NCBI GenBank assembly: GCA_027451365.1
Contig: DAIDJN010000051.1
Coordinates: 1-57,903 of the forward strand
Length of the DNA stretch: 57,903 nt
Direction: 5' to 3'
Source of the DNA: Phycisphaerales bacterium
GTDB taxonomy: Bacteria > Planctomycetota > Phycisphaerae > WQYP01
Numbering within the stretch: position 1 is the first letter of the stretch; every line of letters begins with the position of its first letter. Of this stretch, positions 28,932-39,349 are shown piece after piece. The position numbers were made by a program, and so were the translations under genes. A model generated the notes under the pieces. The model ran no database searches and was not told the origin of the DNA. It saw nothing but the letters and a program-made list of their open reading frames with translations.

Positions 28932-28984
28932 AACCGCAAGTTTGGACTATTCGCGTATAAAAAGCAATGGCGCCGCTCAGGACA

Positions 28985-29758
28985 TTATTCGGGGGCATCT
29001 TCGCGACTATGATGTTCCCACACGAGTGCCGCCCCTTGCAACACTAAATCCGGAATAAATGAATCGATCAGGCCGCTTTCAGTGAAAAGTCGCTGGGCGT
29101 CTCCGCCTGTCGCCACCACGTGGGGCCAGTTTCCAAGCTGGTCGGCGCAGCGTTCTATAATTTCACGCACGCCGCCACGGGCCATGGCGTACAGGCCGCA
29201 ATTCAGGGCGTCCATGGTATTGCGTCCGACAATGCCAGTGGGCATATCCAGCGAAGCCTGCGGCAGTTGGGCCGTCCATTCATGCAGGGCCCTGGCCCCC
29301 AGCGCCAACCCCGGAGCAATCGTCCCGCCTAGAAACAGACCCGAATCATCGACACAGTCCACCACCAGTGCGGTCCCCGCGCTGACAATCACACAGGCCT
29401 GTTCGGTATTCACATACGCCGACAGCGCTCCGAGCAACCGGTCGACGCCAACGGTTCGGCCATCGGTCAGAGCGGTTTTCAGCGGAATGGAAAGGTCGGA
29501 ACCGGCGATCTTCACGTCTTTTCCGGTAACGTTGCGCACAACCTCGCTGACCGGGGCAGTCAACTGCGGAGCCACGCTGGCCACCACCACCCCGTCAATT
29601 TCTTCGGTGGCTTCTTCCAAGAGTGATTTAAGCAGTACGGGCAAAGCCTGCGGCCAATCCGATTGCACGATGCGTTTGGCCGGGTCAACACCCTTGCCCT
29701 GGCTGAACAAGCCGGCGCCAATTCGCGTGTTTCCTATGTCCAATGCTATAACCGTCAT
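28985..29758 (-). CDS. coaX: Type III pantothenate kinase
   Basis: ALDIGNT, ASVAP, GVDR, SAGTA, GGTIAPG, ATGGDA, PDLVLQG; GGAG RBS. Confidence 0.93.
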   Translation of the reverse strand: MTVIALDIGNTRIGAGLFSQGKGVDPAKRIVQSDWPQALPVLLKSLLEEATEEIDGVVVASVAPQLTAPVSEVVRNVTGKDVKIAGSDLSIPLKTALTDGRTVGVDRLLGALSAYVNTEQACVIVSAGTALVVDCVDDSGLFLGGTIAPGLALGARALHEWTAQLPQASLDMPTGIVGRNTMDALNCGLYAMARGGVREIIERCADQLGNWPHVVATGGDAQRLFTESGLIDSFIPDLVLQGAALVWEHHSREDAPE

Positions 29759-30061
29759 GGCAACTCCGGAAAACTTCAAAGGAAGAATTTTAGCCGATAC
29801 CGAATGAATTGGCGAATGCGAGCCGACAGGTAAAAATGAATCGGTTGCATTCGACGAGTCTTCCGGCCGCTCACGGATTTTCCACAAATCGCCCCGTTCG
29901 CAGTCTTGCCGAAAAATCCTGATCACCCGCCCGTGGCGGTCCAGCGCGCGGCAGAGGCAGCGCGTTGACTCTCGAACGTGCATCCGGCCGACGCAAGGCC
30001 AGATGCGGATTGTGGCGCATTGGATTGTCGGCGGACCCGCATGGCTTGTGATCTGCCACAT

Positions 30062-32779
30062 TTATGATGGCAGGACATCCTCGCCGACCTGATTGCACAC
30101 CCATTTGGTCTTTTCGCCTTTGACACTTTTTGCCCAATACAGCGCCGCGTCCGCGGATTTCAGGAGTGCCGTCTGATCCGCACAGGTGGTGGGGAAAATG
30201 ACGAATCCAATGCTTGCGGAAACGTGAATCTGCCCGACGGCATCCAGATCAAAAGGACGGTCGATTTCAGCGGCAAGTCGGGAAAAGAAGCATTCCGCGT
30301 CCTGATGGTCAACGAGATCCTCTAAAATAATCACAAATTCATCGCCACCCAGCCGATGGGCGCAATCGGTCTTTCGCAACGTCGATTTTATGCGGCCGGC
30401 AAGCTGTTGAAGAAACAAGTCTCCCGCGGCGTGCCCCAGCGTATCGTTGATCGGCTTAAAATTGTTAATATCGAGCATGGCCACCGCCAGCACTGTATTG
30501 CCGCGCTGCGACCGGGCCACCGCCCGCCGTAGATTTTCATCCATTGTGCCGCGATTGGGCAGACCGGTCAGCACGTCATGGGCCGCCAGCCAAGCCTGCT
30601 GCGTCAATTCAGCATCCAGGCGGCGGCGCAGGTCGATTTCATCCAATGCGTGCCCCAATTGGTCCGCCAGTCGATCCACCAGGGAAAGAATTTCATTATC
30701 AAAGAGTTCGGCGTGGGATGAAATCAGACTTAAAACGCCCCATACGCGCCCACCACGGCGAACCGGCACGGCGGCCACCGACTGACCACCGATGGCCACG
30801 ATGGCATCGCGATGGTCCGACAGATTTTCCGCCGACTGAAAGTGATTGGCGAAACACCGGCGACCTTCGCGCCAGGCGGTGGCGACCAGGCTCAGCGAAT
30901 GTTCGTTATGAATGTTAATATGCACATTCATTAATTGTTCCCGACCACGCCCCCCCACCGCGATGCGTTCCATCAGCCCCGCCTCGTTGGGGCGGCTGAT
31001 GGAAATCGTGCTGAATAGCCCGCAATTGGCCAGTTGATCGGCGGTGCCACGACAAAGACTGGCTTCATCATGCGCCTGAAGCACTATTTCGCCCTGACCA
31101 CTCAAGGATTTATACAGGCTTCCCAGGCGGTCCACGCGGGACCTCATGTCCAGGGAATCCAGCGCGCTTCCCAGCAACAGTGAACAGTTGCGCACAAGGG
31201 AGAGAAGGTCTTCATTGAAAAAATCGGTCTGGTCGGACACGACACTGATAAGCCCCCAGACCACCCCGCCGCGGCGAACAGGAATCACGGCAATGGATTT
31301 TATATTTCGTGCCGCCGATGACGCGTTAAAGCCGCGGCTGCGCGGGTCGGCCAGATAGTTGTTGCTGAATTCCAGCACCTGCGAACGCCACGCGGTCCCG
31401 GAAAGTGTAATGGGCGCTTCGCGAGTCGAAAACGAAAAGGTATGCAGGACATCCTGCACGTTGCTGCCGGCACCATAATGATAATGCAGAATACCCTGAT
31501 CGTCCGGCCAGCCGATGGCAATAATTGAAAACGGACCGGTGGCAACCAGCGTATCGCAAATTCCCTGAAGCAGATCACGCTCGGTAGGCGCGGTCAGGAT
31601 CAGTTTGGATTCTTCCAGAATGGCGTTGTAAAGAGTATTGAGCCGTTCCAGAGCCGACTGTTTGACCTGCAGCTTGACGAACAGTCGGCGCCGTTCAAGG
31701 GTTCTACCAAGCAGCGCCGCGCTGGTAGACAGAAGGGTGCTGATGGCATCCTGAAAAGTACCGCGTTTGCGGCTGATGACTCCAAGCACGCCCCAGGTTT
31801 TACCTTCACACACAATGGGAATCGCCGCCCAGGCGTTTATCTCCAGCTTCCGCGCGATCTCCTGGTATGCCCGTGTGCGCGCGTCATGCAGATAATCATT
31901 ACTGATCTGAATTTTCCCCGTCCGCATCACTTCGCGTGAAAGCGTTCCTTCGCCTGGGCCCGTCACGGACGAAGCAAATGTTTCCATCAACTCCCGGGCA
32001 CGAGCGCCTGCGGCGTGGTGGTAACGGACCTTGCCGTCCGGGTCGGGCCAACCGATTCCCACCAGGTCAAAAAGCCCGGTCGAGTGCAGCCGTTGACACA
32101 CACCTTCAAACAGTTCCGCATCGGTGGGCATATCAAACAGTATTTGTTCCTGTTCCACAAGGGCCTGATGCAAAGCGTTTAAGTGCTGAAGTTCCGAGTT
32201 GAATTGCACCATACTCTGCTGAGCGGACAGACGTCGCGAAGCGTCGAACATGGCTTCCACGGCGGGACGCACCTCATCGTACATATCCGCAATTCGGAAT
32301 TGCCCGCGGGCCGCTCCAAAAAGTACCAGAACGAATGATGAATTCCCAGCCAGAAACAGCGACTTCCAACCGTGGGCCACGGCAGCCTTTATCCAGAATG
32401 GCGACAGGGCCTCGGCAAACCGAACATCAGCCGCCAGATTATCGATGGTTGAAATGTGAAGGGACGATGCTGTTTGATTTGCCGCGTCGTTATTTGCGGC
32501 GGCCGATTCCGCGGTCGCTTCATCCGTGGGCATCAATCCGTCAAACCAGCCGTCATCCGCCGGAACACCGGCAAGGAATTCAGAAAGGTTCGCCCCCCCC
32601 TGTTTTGGTCCGCTGGCGGCCAAGAGACGGGCGGTTCCGTTCGCGGCTCTCTGATAGACGAAGGCCCCAATTGCCTCGGTACGCGCGGCAAGCAATGGCA
32701 ATGCGTCGGCAAACAACTCATCGCTGGTTTTTGCAACCGCACAGAGGCGGTAAAGGCTCATTAGAAAATCTGTATTCAT
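30062..32779 (-). CDS. Diguanylate cyclase with tandem GAF domains
   Basis: HDVLTGLPNR, DINNFKPINDTLGH, RKTD I-site, RLGGDEF; three similar GAF repeats plus a divergent N-terminal one. Confidence 0.92.
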   Translation of the reverse strand: MNTDFLMSLYRLCAVAKTSDELFADALPLLAARTEAIGAFVYQRAANGTARLLAASGPKQGGANLSEFLAGVPADDGWFDGLMPTDEATAESAAANNDAANQTASSLHISTIDNLAADVRFAEALSPFWIKAAVAHGWKSLFLAGNSSFVLVLFGAARGQFRIADMYDEVRPAVEAMFDASRRLSAQQSMVQFNSELQHLNALHQALVEQEQILFDMPTDAELFEGVCQRLHSTGLFDLVGIGWPDPDGKVRYHHAAGARARELMETFASSVTGPGEGTLSREVMRTGKIQISNDYLHDARTRAYQEIARKLEINAWAAIPIVCEGKTWGVLGVISRKRGTFQDAISTLLSTSAALLGRTLERRRLFVKLQVKQSALERLNTLYNAILEESKLILTAPTERDLLQGICDTLVATGPFSIIAIGWPDDQGILHYHYGAGSNVQDVLHTFSFSTREAPITLSGTAWRSQVLEFSNNYLADPRSRGFNASSAARNIKSIAVIPVRRGGVVWGLISVVSDQTDFFNEDLLSLVRNCSLLLGSALDSLDMRSRVDRLGSLYKSLSGQGEIVLQAHDEASLCRGTADQLANCGLFSTISISRPNEAGLMERIAVGGRGREQLMNVHINIHNEHSLSLVATAWREGRRCFANHFQSAENLSDHRDAIVAIGGQSVAAVPVRRGGRVWGVLSLISSHAELFDNEILSLVDRLADQLGHALDEIDLRRRLDAELTQQAWLAAHDVLTGLPNRGTMDENLRRAVARSQRGNTVLAVAMLDINNFKPINDTLGHAAGDLFLQQLAGRIKSTLRKTDCAHRLGGDEFVIILEDLVDHQDAECFFSRLAAEIDRPFDLDAVGQIHVSASIGFVIFPTTCADQTALLKSADAALYWAKSVKGEKTKWVCNQVGEDVLPS

Positions 32780-33130
32780 ACGCGGATCCAGTTTGTAAAC
32801 CAGCGAAAACGCCAGTCAACCTCCTGCAACTCCCAGTCGTTTCGGGCGAATGTAAACGCCAATGGCACCCGTACTGGCAGGCCAAGGTCAAAGCAGCTCC
32901 GCGAGAGCATCTCCTACATTATCGGCCAAAAGGGCGACAAATATTGAACCGAAACGAAAAAGGACATTTTCCCCTAAAAAGCGTGTCAATAGCTGATATT
33001 CAGCCCACCGGACGGTTGCATGGGCGCGGGGTTAGAACCTGACGGCCTGTCAATCTCGCGTTGTAGCCAACTGGCTTTTGGCAGGCAACCGCACATCAGC
33101 CGGTCCAGCGGAAGGGTGGCCGACGAAACC

Positions 33131-33682
33131 TCATAATTGCGTTTGCCACGGAATATCGGCCACACCCTCCAGATGGTTGGCCAGTCGCGCCCAGGTAAAC
33201 AACAGGTCCCCAAGACGATTCAGGTAAACCAGCGGACCGGGACCGACGTCCTCTAGTTCCATAAGTTCCACCAAATAGCGCTCGGCACGCCGACAGACCG
33301 TCCGCGCAACATGCAACTGAGCGGCCAAGGGTGAACCGCCAGGCAGAACGAAGGTTTTCAAGGGCAGAAGGCTGGCTTCCGCAGCATCAATCTGCGGTTC
33401 TAACGCGGCGGCATCTTCCGCGGTGAATCGCCGGATGCGCGCCGAATTCTTTGACCCCAGCGGCGTGGCCAGGTCCGCACCAAGATCAAATAACTGCTGC
33501 TGGACCGCGAACACCGACCGGCGCAATGATTCGTGGGGGCAAATCGCGGCGGCGGTGCCCAGCACGCTGTTGAGTTCATCCAAGGTGCCATAAGTGTGCA
33601 AACGTATATTATTTTTCGCTACACGTGTGCCATCAAACAGCGTGGTTTGGCCCTTATCGCCCTGGCGAGTATAAATACGCAT
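33131..33682 (-). CDS. PduO-type ATP:cob(I)alamin adenosyltransferase
   Basis: MRIYTRQGDKGQT, YGTLDELNS, FVLPGG, ARTVCRRAER, YLNRLGD. Confidence 0.93.
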   Translation of the reverse strand: MRIYTRQGDKGQTTLFDGTRVAKNNIRLHTYGTLDELNSVLGTAAAICPHESLRRSVFAVQQQLFDLGADLATPLGSKNSARIRRFTAEDAAALEPQIDAAEASLLPLKTFVLPGGSPLAAQLHVARTVCRRAERYLVELMELEDVGPGPLVYLNRLGDLLFTWARLANHLEGVADIPWQTQL

Positions 33683-33780
33683 GGTTTTGCTCCAATCCGC
33701 GGACAGGGCCGATGCAACCAGTATCCGACCCAAAGTCCCGCGGGCAAGTGTAAGATTCGCCGACCGGATGTTCAAACGCC

Positions 33781-34398
33781 ATGACGACATTTCTTGCGCA
33801 ACCCGATATCACCATACTGTTTGGCGGGTCCTTTAACCCGATCCACTGGGGGCACCTTCGCACCGCAGAGGCGGCGCAACGTGAATTGCAGGCCAAACAG
33901 ATTCTTTTCATTCCCGCCGCGGCTTCCCCGCACAAAAATGCCGACGGTGCGGACACTGCCACTGATCGGCTGAACATGCTGCAACTGGCCACAGCGGGAC
34001 GCAGCGGATGGAAAGTCTGTGATCTGGAGCTCAAACGCCCGCCGCCCAGCTTCACGTGGGACACCATTCAAATCCTCCGTCAAGGGAGGACGGAAGAGCG
34101 TTTTTTTCTGCTGATCGGAGCAGATCAACTCGCGTGGTTCCATACGTGGAAGCGCTTTAATGAATTGGTGCAGACGGTTGAAATTGCGGTTATGCCGCGA
34201 CCGGGCTGGCCCATTCCGCAATCACCTCCTGCGGATATTCCCGCTGACATCTGGGGAAAGTTTCATGTTTTGGCCGGTATGGAATATCCCATATCATCGT
34301 CTGAAATTCGGCACCGGGCCGCCGCGGGACTTTCAATTAACCATCTGGTACCGCCAGCAGTTAGCGCGTATATAACTGCGAATAAGCTGTATATGTAA
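33781..34398 (+). CDS. nadD: Nicotinate-nucleotide adenylyltransferase
   Basis: FGGSFNPIHWGH, IGAD, ISSSEIR motifs. Confidence 0.93.
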   Translation: MTTFLAQPDITILFGGSFNPIHWGHLRTAEAAQRELQAKQILFIPAAASPHKNADGADTATDRLNMLQLATAGRSGWKVCDLELKRPPPSFTWDTIQILRQGRTEERFFLLIGADQLAWFHTWKRFNELVQTVEIAVMPRPGWPIPQSPPADIPADIWGKFHVLAGMEYPISSSEIRHRAAAGLSINHLVPPAVSAYITANKLYM

Positions 34399-35333
34399 AT
34401 TGACTGACGGTCTTAAAAATGTGCCCGGCAATGCAGCGCCTTTCGCCACATTGCCGGGACGAATCTCTCCCCCTCTTCCTTTTGCTCCGGTCAATGGTCG
34501 CCCCAACCCGCTGGAGCGGGCCAAATCGCCAAATAATCCGGATAACTCTCTGTCTACCTCGCTTACGCGACTCCGGGAAACCCTCCGTCCGTCCCGCAGT
34601 CGGCACGGACAGACGCAAGCCGACCACCGGCCGAAACCTCTCACTCCCTCGCTTGCACTTCTATCTTCAACCGTTCGCCGAATGGCGATACCGACCTGAT
34701 TTTGCCCACCGCCAAACCGGCGGCGCTAAACCTCTCACTCCCTCCGATAAGGGAATCCACCAGGTGAGTTCACCGAATGGACAGACCAGTTTTTTTTCTT
34801 CTGGAACCGAATGACTTTTAGACTTCCGCACTTGTGCGGGCCGATCCAGACTGGATCAGCATTCGGTTCGTGTCAGATGCTCTTTACTCTTGTGCCAATC
34901 ACAGGTTGATATGTTTCAGACAACTGTCTGATCAGCACAACTATTCTATCGGTTCACTCGGGAATAATCTTTCGCCATTTTCTTTCCGGCAGCGGCAGAC
35001 AACAGTTCGTCGGTCGCCGATAATCCGCAAGACTACCAAGTGCGGATAATATCCCGCGAAAAATGGGGTATACGTGCAGTCTTATCGCGCCATGACGTTA
35101 CCAGACGCCCGACGTCCGCAGAAAAAAATCTTTCAATTTTTAAGGGTTAGAAACGAAAGTCGGTGCGGAGTACCCAGGAAGCAGGTTTCTATTCGCTCAC
35201 CGAATCGCCGCATAGGCACCAACTCTGTCGCGGGACCTATGCGCGGACAATTCGCAAATGCCGCACAGTCTTTACAGGCACATCCCGGCGCGGCATACTG
35301 CTACCTGAATTGCCGCAACAGGAGATGGACGCT

Positions 35334-35660
35334 TTGGGCCTGTATTTCAGAAAATCGGTCAATTTCGGCCCATTTCGGGTTAACCTGAGCAAACACGGCA
35401 TTGGAACATCGGTGGGTGTGCCCGGCTTTCGCATGGGCCGTTCAGCCACGGGGCGACGTTACACCAGCGCGTCGTTGCCCGGCACCGGAATACGGTACGT
35501 CAATTATGAAAAATCGCGTCACACGGCCTACATTGCACCACAATCGCCCCAGACGAGCCCTGGCTGTACCGGCGGCGGCTGCATGGGCTGCCTGCTGATT
35601 TTATTGTTCGCCCTGTGTGTTCTTGTTGTGGCAGGTCATTTCAGCAACGCCGGAATGTGA
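35334..35660 (+). CDS. DUF4236-type domain membrane protein
   Basis: (M)GLYFRKSVNFGPFRVNLSKHGIGTSVG...LPGTGIRY with a C-terminal TM; TTG start is well spaced from AGGAG. Confidence 0.8.
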   Translation: MGLYFRKSVNFGPFRVNLSKHGIGTSVGVPGFRMGRSATGRRYTSASLPGTGIRYVNYEKSRHTAYIAPQSPQTSPGCTGGGCMGCLLILLFALCVLVVAGHFSNAGM

Positions 35661-35667
35661 GGTTTTT

Positions 35668-35979
35668 ATGAATATGGGCGACCTGCATTTGATTCGGGTT
35701 ATCCGCACGGGGTCATCGGAGCGGTTTGTTTTCCGGCAGGAAGGAAAGGATATTGCCTCGCTTGATCTGCATTTCATAGAGGGCGGTAAAATTGATGGCC
35801 ACCTGGCATTGATAGGCCCGGACCATCCAACCGATGATGAAATTCAGGAATTAATTGCAATCGTTGGGGAATCCCTGCTTGCGCATCAGCCACATCATAC
35901 CGATCCAGTTACAGGGGAAGAACGGCTGCACATAACCGTAACACGCGGGGCGCTGGTGGGCAATTTCGCGCCAGGCTGA
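35668..35979 (+). CDS. Hypothetical protein
   Basis: GAGG RBS; follows the DUF4236 gene by 7 nt; globular acidic composition. Confidence 0.65.
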   Translation: MNMGDLHLIRVIRTGSSERFVFRQEGKDIASLDLHFIEGGKIDGHLALIGPDHPTDDEIQELIAIVGESLLAHQPHHTDPVTGEERLHITVTRGALVGNFAPG

Positions 35980-36268
35980 TTATTCCTAATAGCGAATAAA
36001 TCGCCGAATTGATCGGTGCCATGCCATTTCATGCCGTTTTCGGCCTATCAACAGCGTACGCTGACGATGGACTATCGCGGGAATAAGGCGGTAAGTGGTC
36101 AAGACGCGAGCATCGGTGAATGGAGCATTCCGCTAAAACATCAGACCCGATTTCCGCGCTTGCCTATTTATTCCAAACCGGTAATAATGCCAGATTAACC
36201 GTCGTGCGAGGAACGCACCGGCATGTGCTGGTGGTCTCCCGCTGGATTACCCGAAAGGTTTTGGTTTC

Positions 36269-36535
36269 ATGCTTACGGTCGACCGGAAGAAACAAGTTAT
36301 CAGCGAATCACGTATCCACGAAAAAGACACAGGTTCTGCGGAAATTCAGATTGCCCTGCTTACCGAGCGGATAAACGAGCTTTCCTCACACTTCAAGGCG
36401 CATAACAAGGATTTTTCCTCACGGCGCGGCCTGCTGAAAATGGTCGGCAAACGCTCCAGCCTGCTGAAGTACCTGACCCACACTGACCCGCAACGTTACC
36501 AGGCGATTATCACACGGCTGGGCCTGCGCAAGTAA
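36269..36535 (+). CDS. rpsO: 30S ribosomal protein S15
   Basis: [16 protein letters not shown]...[16 protein letters not shown]...LGLRK; lies upstream of pnp. Confidence 0.98.
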   Translation: MLTVDRKKQVISESRIHEKDTGSAEIQIALLTERINELSSHFKAHNKDFSSRRGLLKMVGKRSSLLKYLTHTDPQRYQAIITRLGLRK

Positions 36536-37005
36536 TATTGGCCAGGTTCCGCTGTTTTCAGACCGGGCGAAAGGAAAATTTCCTGCGGCAGTATTTTCCC
36601 TCTATTTAGACAGAACCGGCACGGCTTGAAAACGGACGAAAAGAAGAGTCGGCACTTGGCATAAGCACCGAGACATCAAGTGCCAGGCCACGGATTTGGT
36701 CGCACTCAGGCGCGACAATATCAACCGCCTTAACTCGACGACAAAAATAATGGTCGGGCGGCAGTGGAAAGGCTTGAGCGACGTTAAACCAGCTCCCTGA
36801 CATCGGCCAAACGGGCGAGAAAAGGAGTTGAAGGTGTAAAGAACCGGACAGATGAAATTGGCGGTACTTTGGCCGGTCGCCCCTTAAAAAACAACGGCGG
36901 CGAAACGGCTGGACGGGGAAGATGGCGGGTATGTATCGGAGCCGATCTTTGCACATTGGGTGCAAACCGGCAAATTTAATAACACTCTACTCAGGTGAAT
37001 AACTC

Positions 37006-39171
37006 ATGGCAGTAACAAAAGTTGAACTGGAGCTCAACGGGCGTAAACTTATTCTCGAAACCGGACATCTGGCTAAACAGGCGGACGGCGCAGTCCTGGT
37101 GACTTATGGTGAGACAGTGGTCCTTGCGACCGTGGTTTCATCGGACCCGCGCCCCGGTATCGATTTTTTCCCGCTGACTGTTGATTATCGGGAAAAGACC
37201 TCCGCAGCGGGAAAATTCCCTGGCGGCTTCATCAAGCGTGAAGGGCGCCCCTCCACAAAAGAAACACTTACCGCCCGTATGATTGACCGGCCGATTCGCC
37301 CGCTGTTCCCTGTCGGATATTTTGATGAAGTGCTGATTCAGGTTATGGTGCTTTCCGCCGATGGGCAGAACGATCCTGACGTGCTGGCCATGATTGGTTC
37401 ATCTGCGGCGCTGGCAATCAGTTCCGTTCCGTTTGAAGGCCCGATTGGTGCGGTGCGTATAGGCCGCGTAGACGGCAAATTTACAGTCATGCCGACGGCT
37501 GCCGACCTGGATCAATCTGATCTTGATTTGCTTCTGGCGGGCACGGAGGAATCCGTCAACATGATTGAAGTGGGTGCCCGTGAATTACCGGAACAGACCG
37601 TTCTGGAGGCCATTTCCCTTGGCCACGGATTCATCCGGTCGATTACCGCCATCATTAAAGACTTGGCCGCCAAAGTCGGCAAAACCAAAGTCTGCACCTT
37701 GCGCGGACCATCGGCCGACCTGGTCAAAGGCGTCTTTGCTTGGCATGAACAACTTAAAACCGCAAAGCGGATTCACGGCAAACAGGCGCGGGGAGAAGCT
37801 GTGGACGCCGTTCGCAAACAAATCATGGATCAGTTAACGGCGGTAAATCCCGCCACTGGAAAACCCGCAAATGAGCCAATGCAGGTCGCCATGGCCTTTT
37901 CCCAACTTGAAGAAAAGACCGTCCGCGAACAGATTCTTTCCGGAACGCGGTCTGACGGCCGCGACCATACCACCATCCGTCCGCTGGAATGCCTGGTCGG
38001 CGTGCTGCCCCGCACACATGGCTCGGCGATTTTCAGCCGGGGCGAAACACAGGCACTTGTGACCACCACGCTGGGCACCGGTGACGATGAACAGATTGTG
38101 GACGGCTTGGGCGACGAATATTCCAAAAAATTCATGCTGCACTACAATTTTCCGCCATTTTCCACCGGCGAAGTCAAGCGAATTATGGGGCCGGGTCGCC
38201 GCGAAATTGGTCATGGCGCATTGGCGGAGCGTTCGCTTGAGCCGGTTTTGCCAGCACCGGAACAGTTCCCTTACGTGGTGCGGCTGGTGTCCGACATTCT
38301 GGAATCCAACGGAAGTTCTTCGATGGCCAGCGTGTGCGGCGGAACGCTTGCGTTGCTGGATGCCGGCGTACCACTGATCCGCCCCGTCGCGGGCATCAGC
38401 GTTGGTCTGGTTTCCGAGGGTTCACAGGAAGTTCTCCTGACCGATATTCTCGGTGAAGAGGACCACTTCGGCGATATGGATTTCAAGGTTTCCGGAACCA
38501 CTCAGGGCATCACTGGGATTCAGCTTGATTTGAAAATTCGCGGTCTTCGGCACGACCTGATAGCCAAAACGTTGGAACAGGCCCGCACCGCCCGCCTTTA
38601 TATCCTAGAAAAAATGCTCGCGGTCATTCCCACTCATCGGGCCCAGATTTCGCCTTATGCCCCGCGACTGCTTACCATTCGGATTAATCCGGAAAAGATC
38701 GGCAAAGTCATCGGACCGGGTGGTAAAACCATCAAGAAAATTGTGGAGACCACCGGTGCCAAAATTGACATTCAGGATGATGGCACGGTCTTTATTTCCG
38801 CCGTTGGCGTGGAAGCCGCCGAACGGGCTCGCGAAGAAGTTGAACGGCTGACGGAAGATGTGAAGATTGGCCGGATATACAACGGTCGCGTGAGTTCCGT
38901 CAAGGACTTCGGCGCATTTATTGAAGTCATTCCCGGTGTAGACGGCCTGTGCCACATAAGTGAATTGTCCGACAAATTCGTGAAGAATGTCAACGAAGAA
39001 GTGAAAGTTGGCATGGAGCTTCGCGTAAAAGTCATTGCAATTGACGATCAGGGCCGCATTAAGCTCTCCCGCAAGCAGGCAATTCGTGATGAATCGCCGC
39101 AGCAGCCGGCGCAGCCCGTAGCGGCACACGCGCCGGTGGCCGAGCCAGCCGCGGCACCAGCAGGCAACTGA
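37006..39171 (+). CDS. pnp: Polyribonucleotide nucleotidyltransferase (PNPase)
   Basis: FFPLTVDYREK, GPGRREIGHG, ESNGSSSMASVC, EDHFGDMDFKV, plus KH and S1 domains. Confidence 0.99.
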   Translation: MAVTKVELELNGRKLILETGHLAKQADGAVLVTYGETVVLATVVSSDPRPGIDFFPLTVDYREKTSAAGKFPGGFIKREGRPSTKETLTARMIDRPIRPLFPVGYFDEVLIQVMVLSADGQNDPDVLAMIGSSAALAISSVPFEGPIGAVRIGRVDGKFTVMPTAADLDQSDLDLLLAGTEESVNMIEVGARELPEQTVLEAISLGHGFIRSITAIIKDLAAKVGKTKVCTLRGPSADLVKGVFAWHEQLKTAKRIHGKQARGEAVDAVRKQIMDQLTAVNPATGKPANEPMQVAMAFSQLEEKTVREQILSGTRSDGRDHTTIRPLECLVGVLPRTHGSAIFSRGETQALVTTTLGTGDDEQIVDGLGDEYSKKFMLHYNFPPFSTGEVKRIMGPGRREIGHGALAERSLEPVLPAPEQFPYVVRLVSDILESNGSSSMASVCGGTLALLDAGVPLIRPVAGISVGLVSEGSQEVLLTDILGEEDHFGDMDFKVSGTTQGITGIQLDLKIRGLRHDLIAKTLEQARTARLYILEKMLAVIPTHRAQISPYAPRLLTIRINPEKIGKVIGPGGKTIKKIVETTGAKIDIQDDGTVFISAVGVEAAERAREEVERLTEDVKIGRIYNGRVSSVKDFGAFIEVIPGVDGLCHISELSDKFVKNVNEEVKVGMELRVKVIAIDDQGRIKLSRKQAIRDESPQQPAQPVAAHAPVAEPAAAPAGN

Positions 39172-39212
39172 CCACGGCAATTCCAAAATTTAAATACTCC
39201 CATGATCATCCC

Positions 39213-39250
39213 GTCGGCGGCTGTGTATCGTACAGCCGCCGACTTTTTTT
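39213..39250 (+). terminator. Rho-independent terminator of pnp
   Basis: GTCGGCGGCTGT-gtatcgt-ACAGCCGCCGAC followed by T7. Confidence 0.9.
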
Positions 39251-39349
39251 GAGCAACGTTGTGGACGGCCAATAAATTATCCGCCCGCTGATGCAGCCGG
39301 TGCGGCAGACCAAATACAAAGGCAACTTCATACTTCCGGCCCAGGCCGA

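Noticed and set aside
29759..30061. 101-aa N-terminal extension of coaX
   Set aside because: Homology starts at MTVIALDIGNT with a GGAG RBS; the extension looks non-coding.
32780..33130. Possible c-di-GMP riboswitch upstream of the diguanylate cyclase
   Set aside because: No recognisable class I or class II consensus elements on either strand by eye.
34634..34744. Direct repeat as a mini CRISPR array
   Set aside because: Only two 17-bp copies with a 77-nt gap, not palindromic, and no cas genes in the window.
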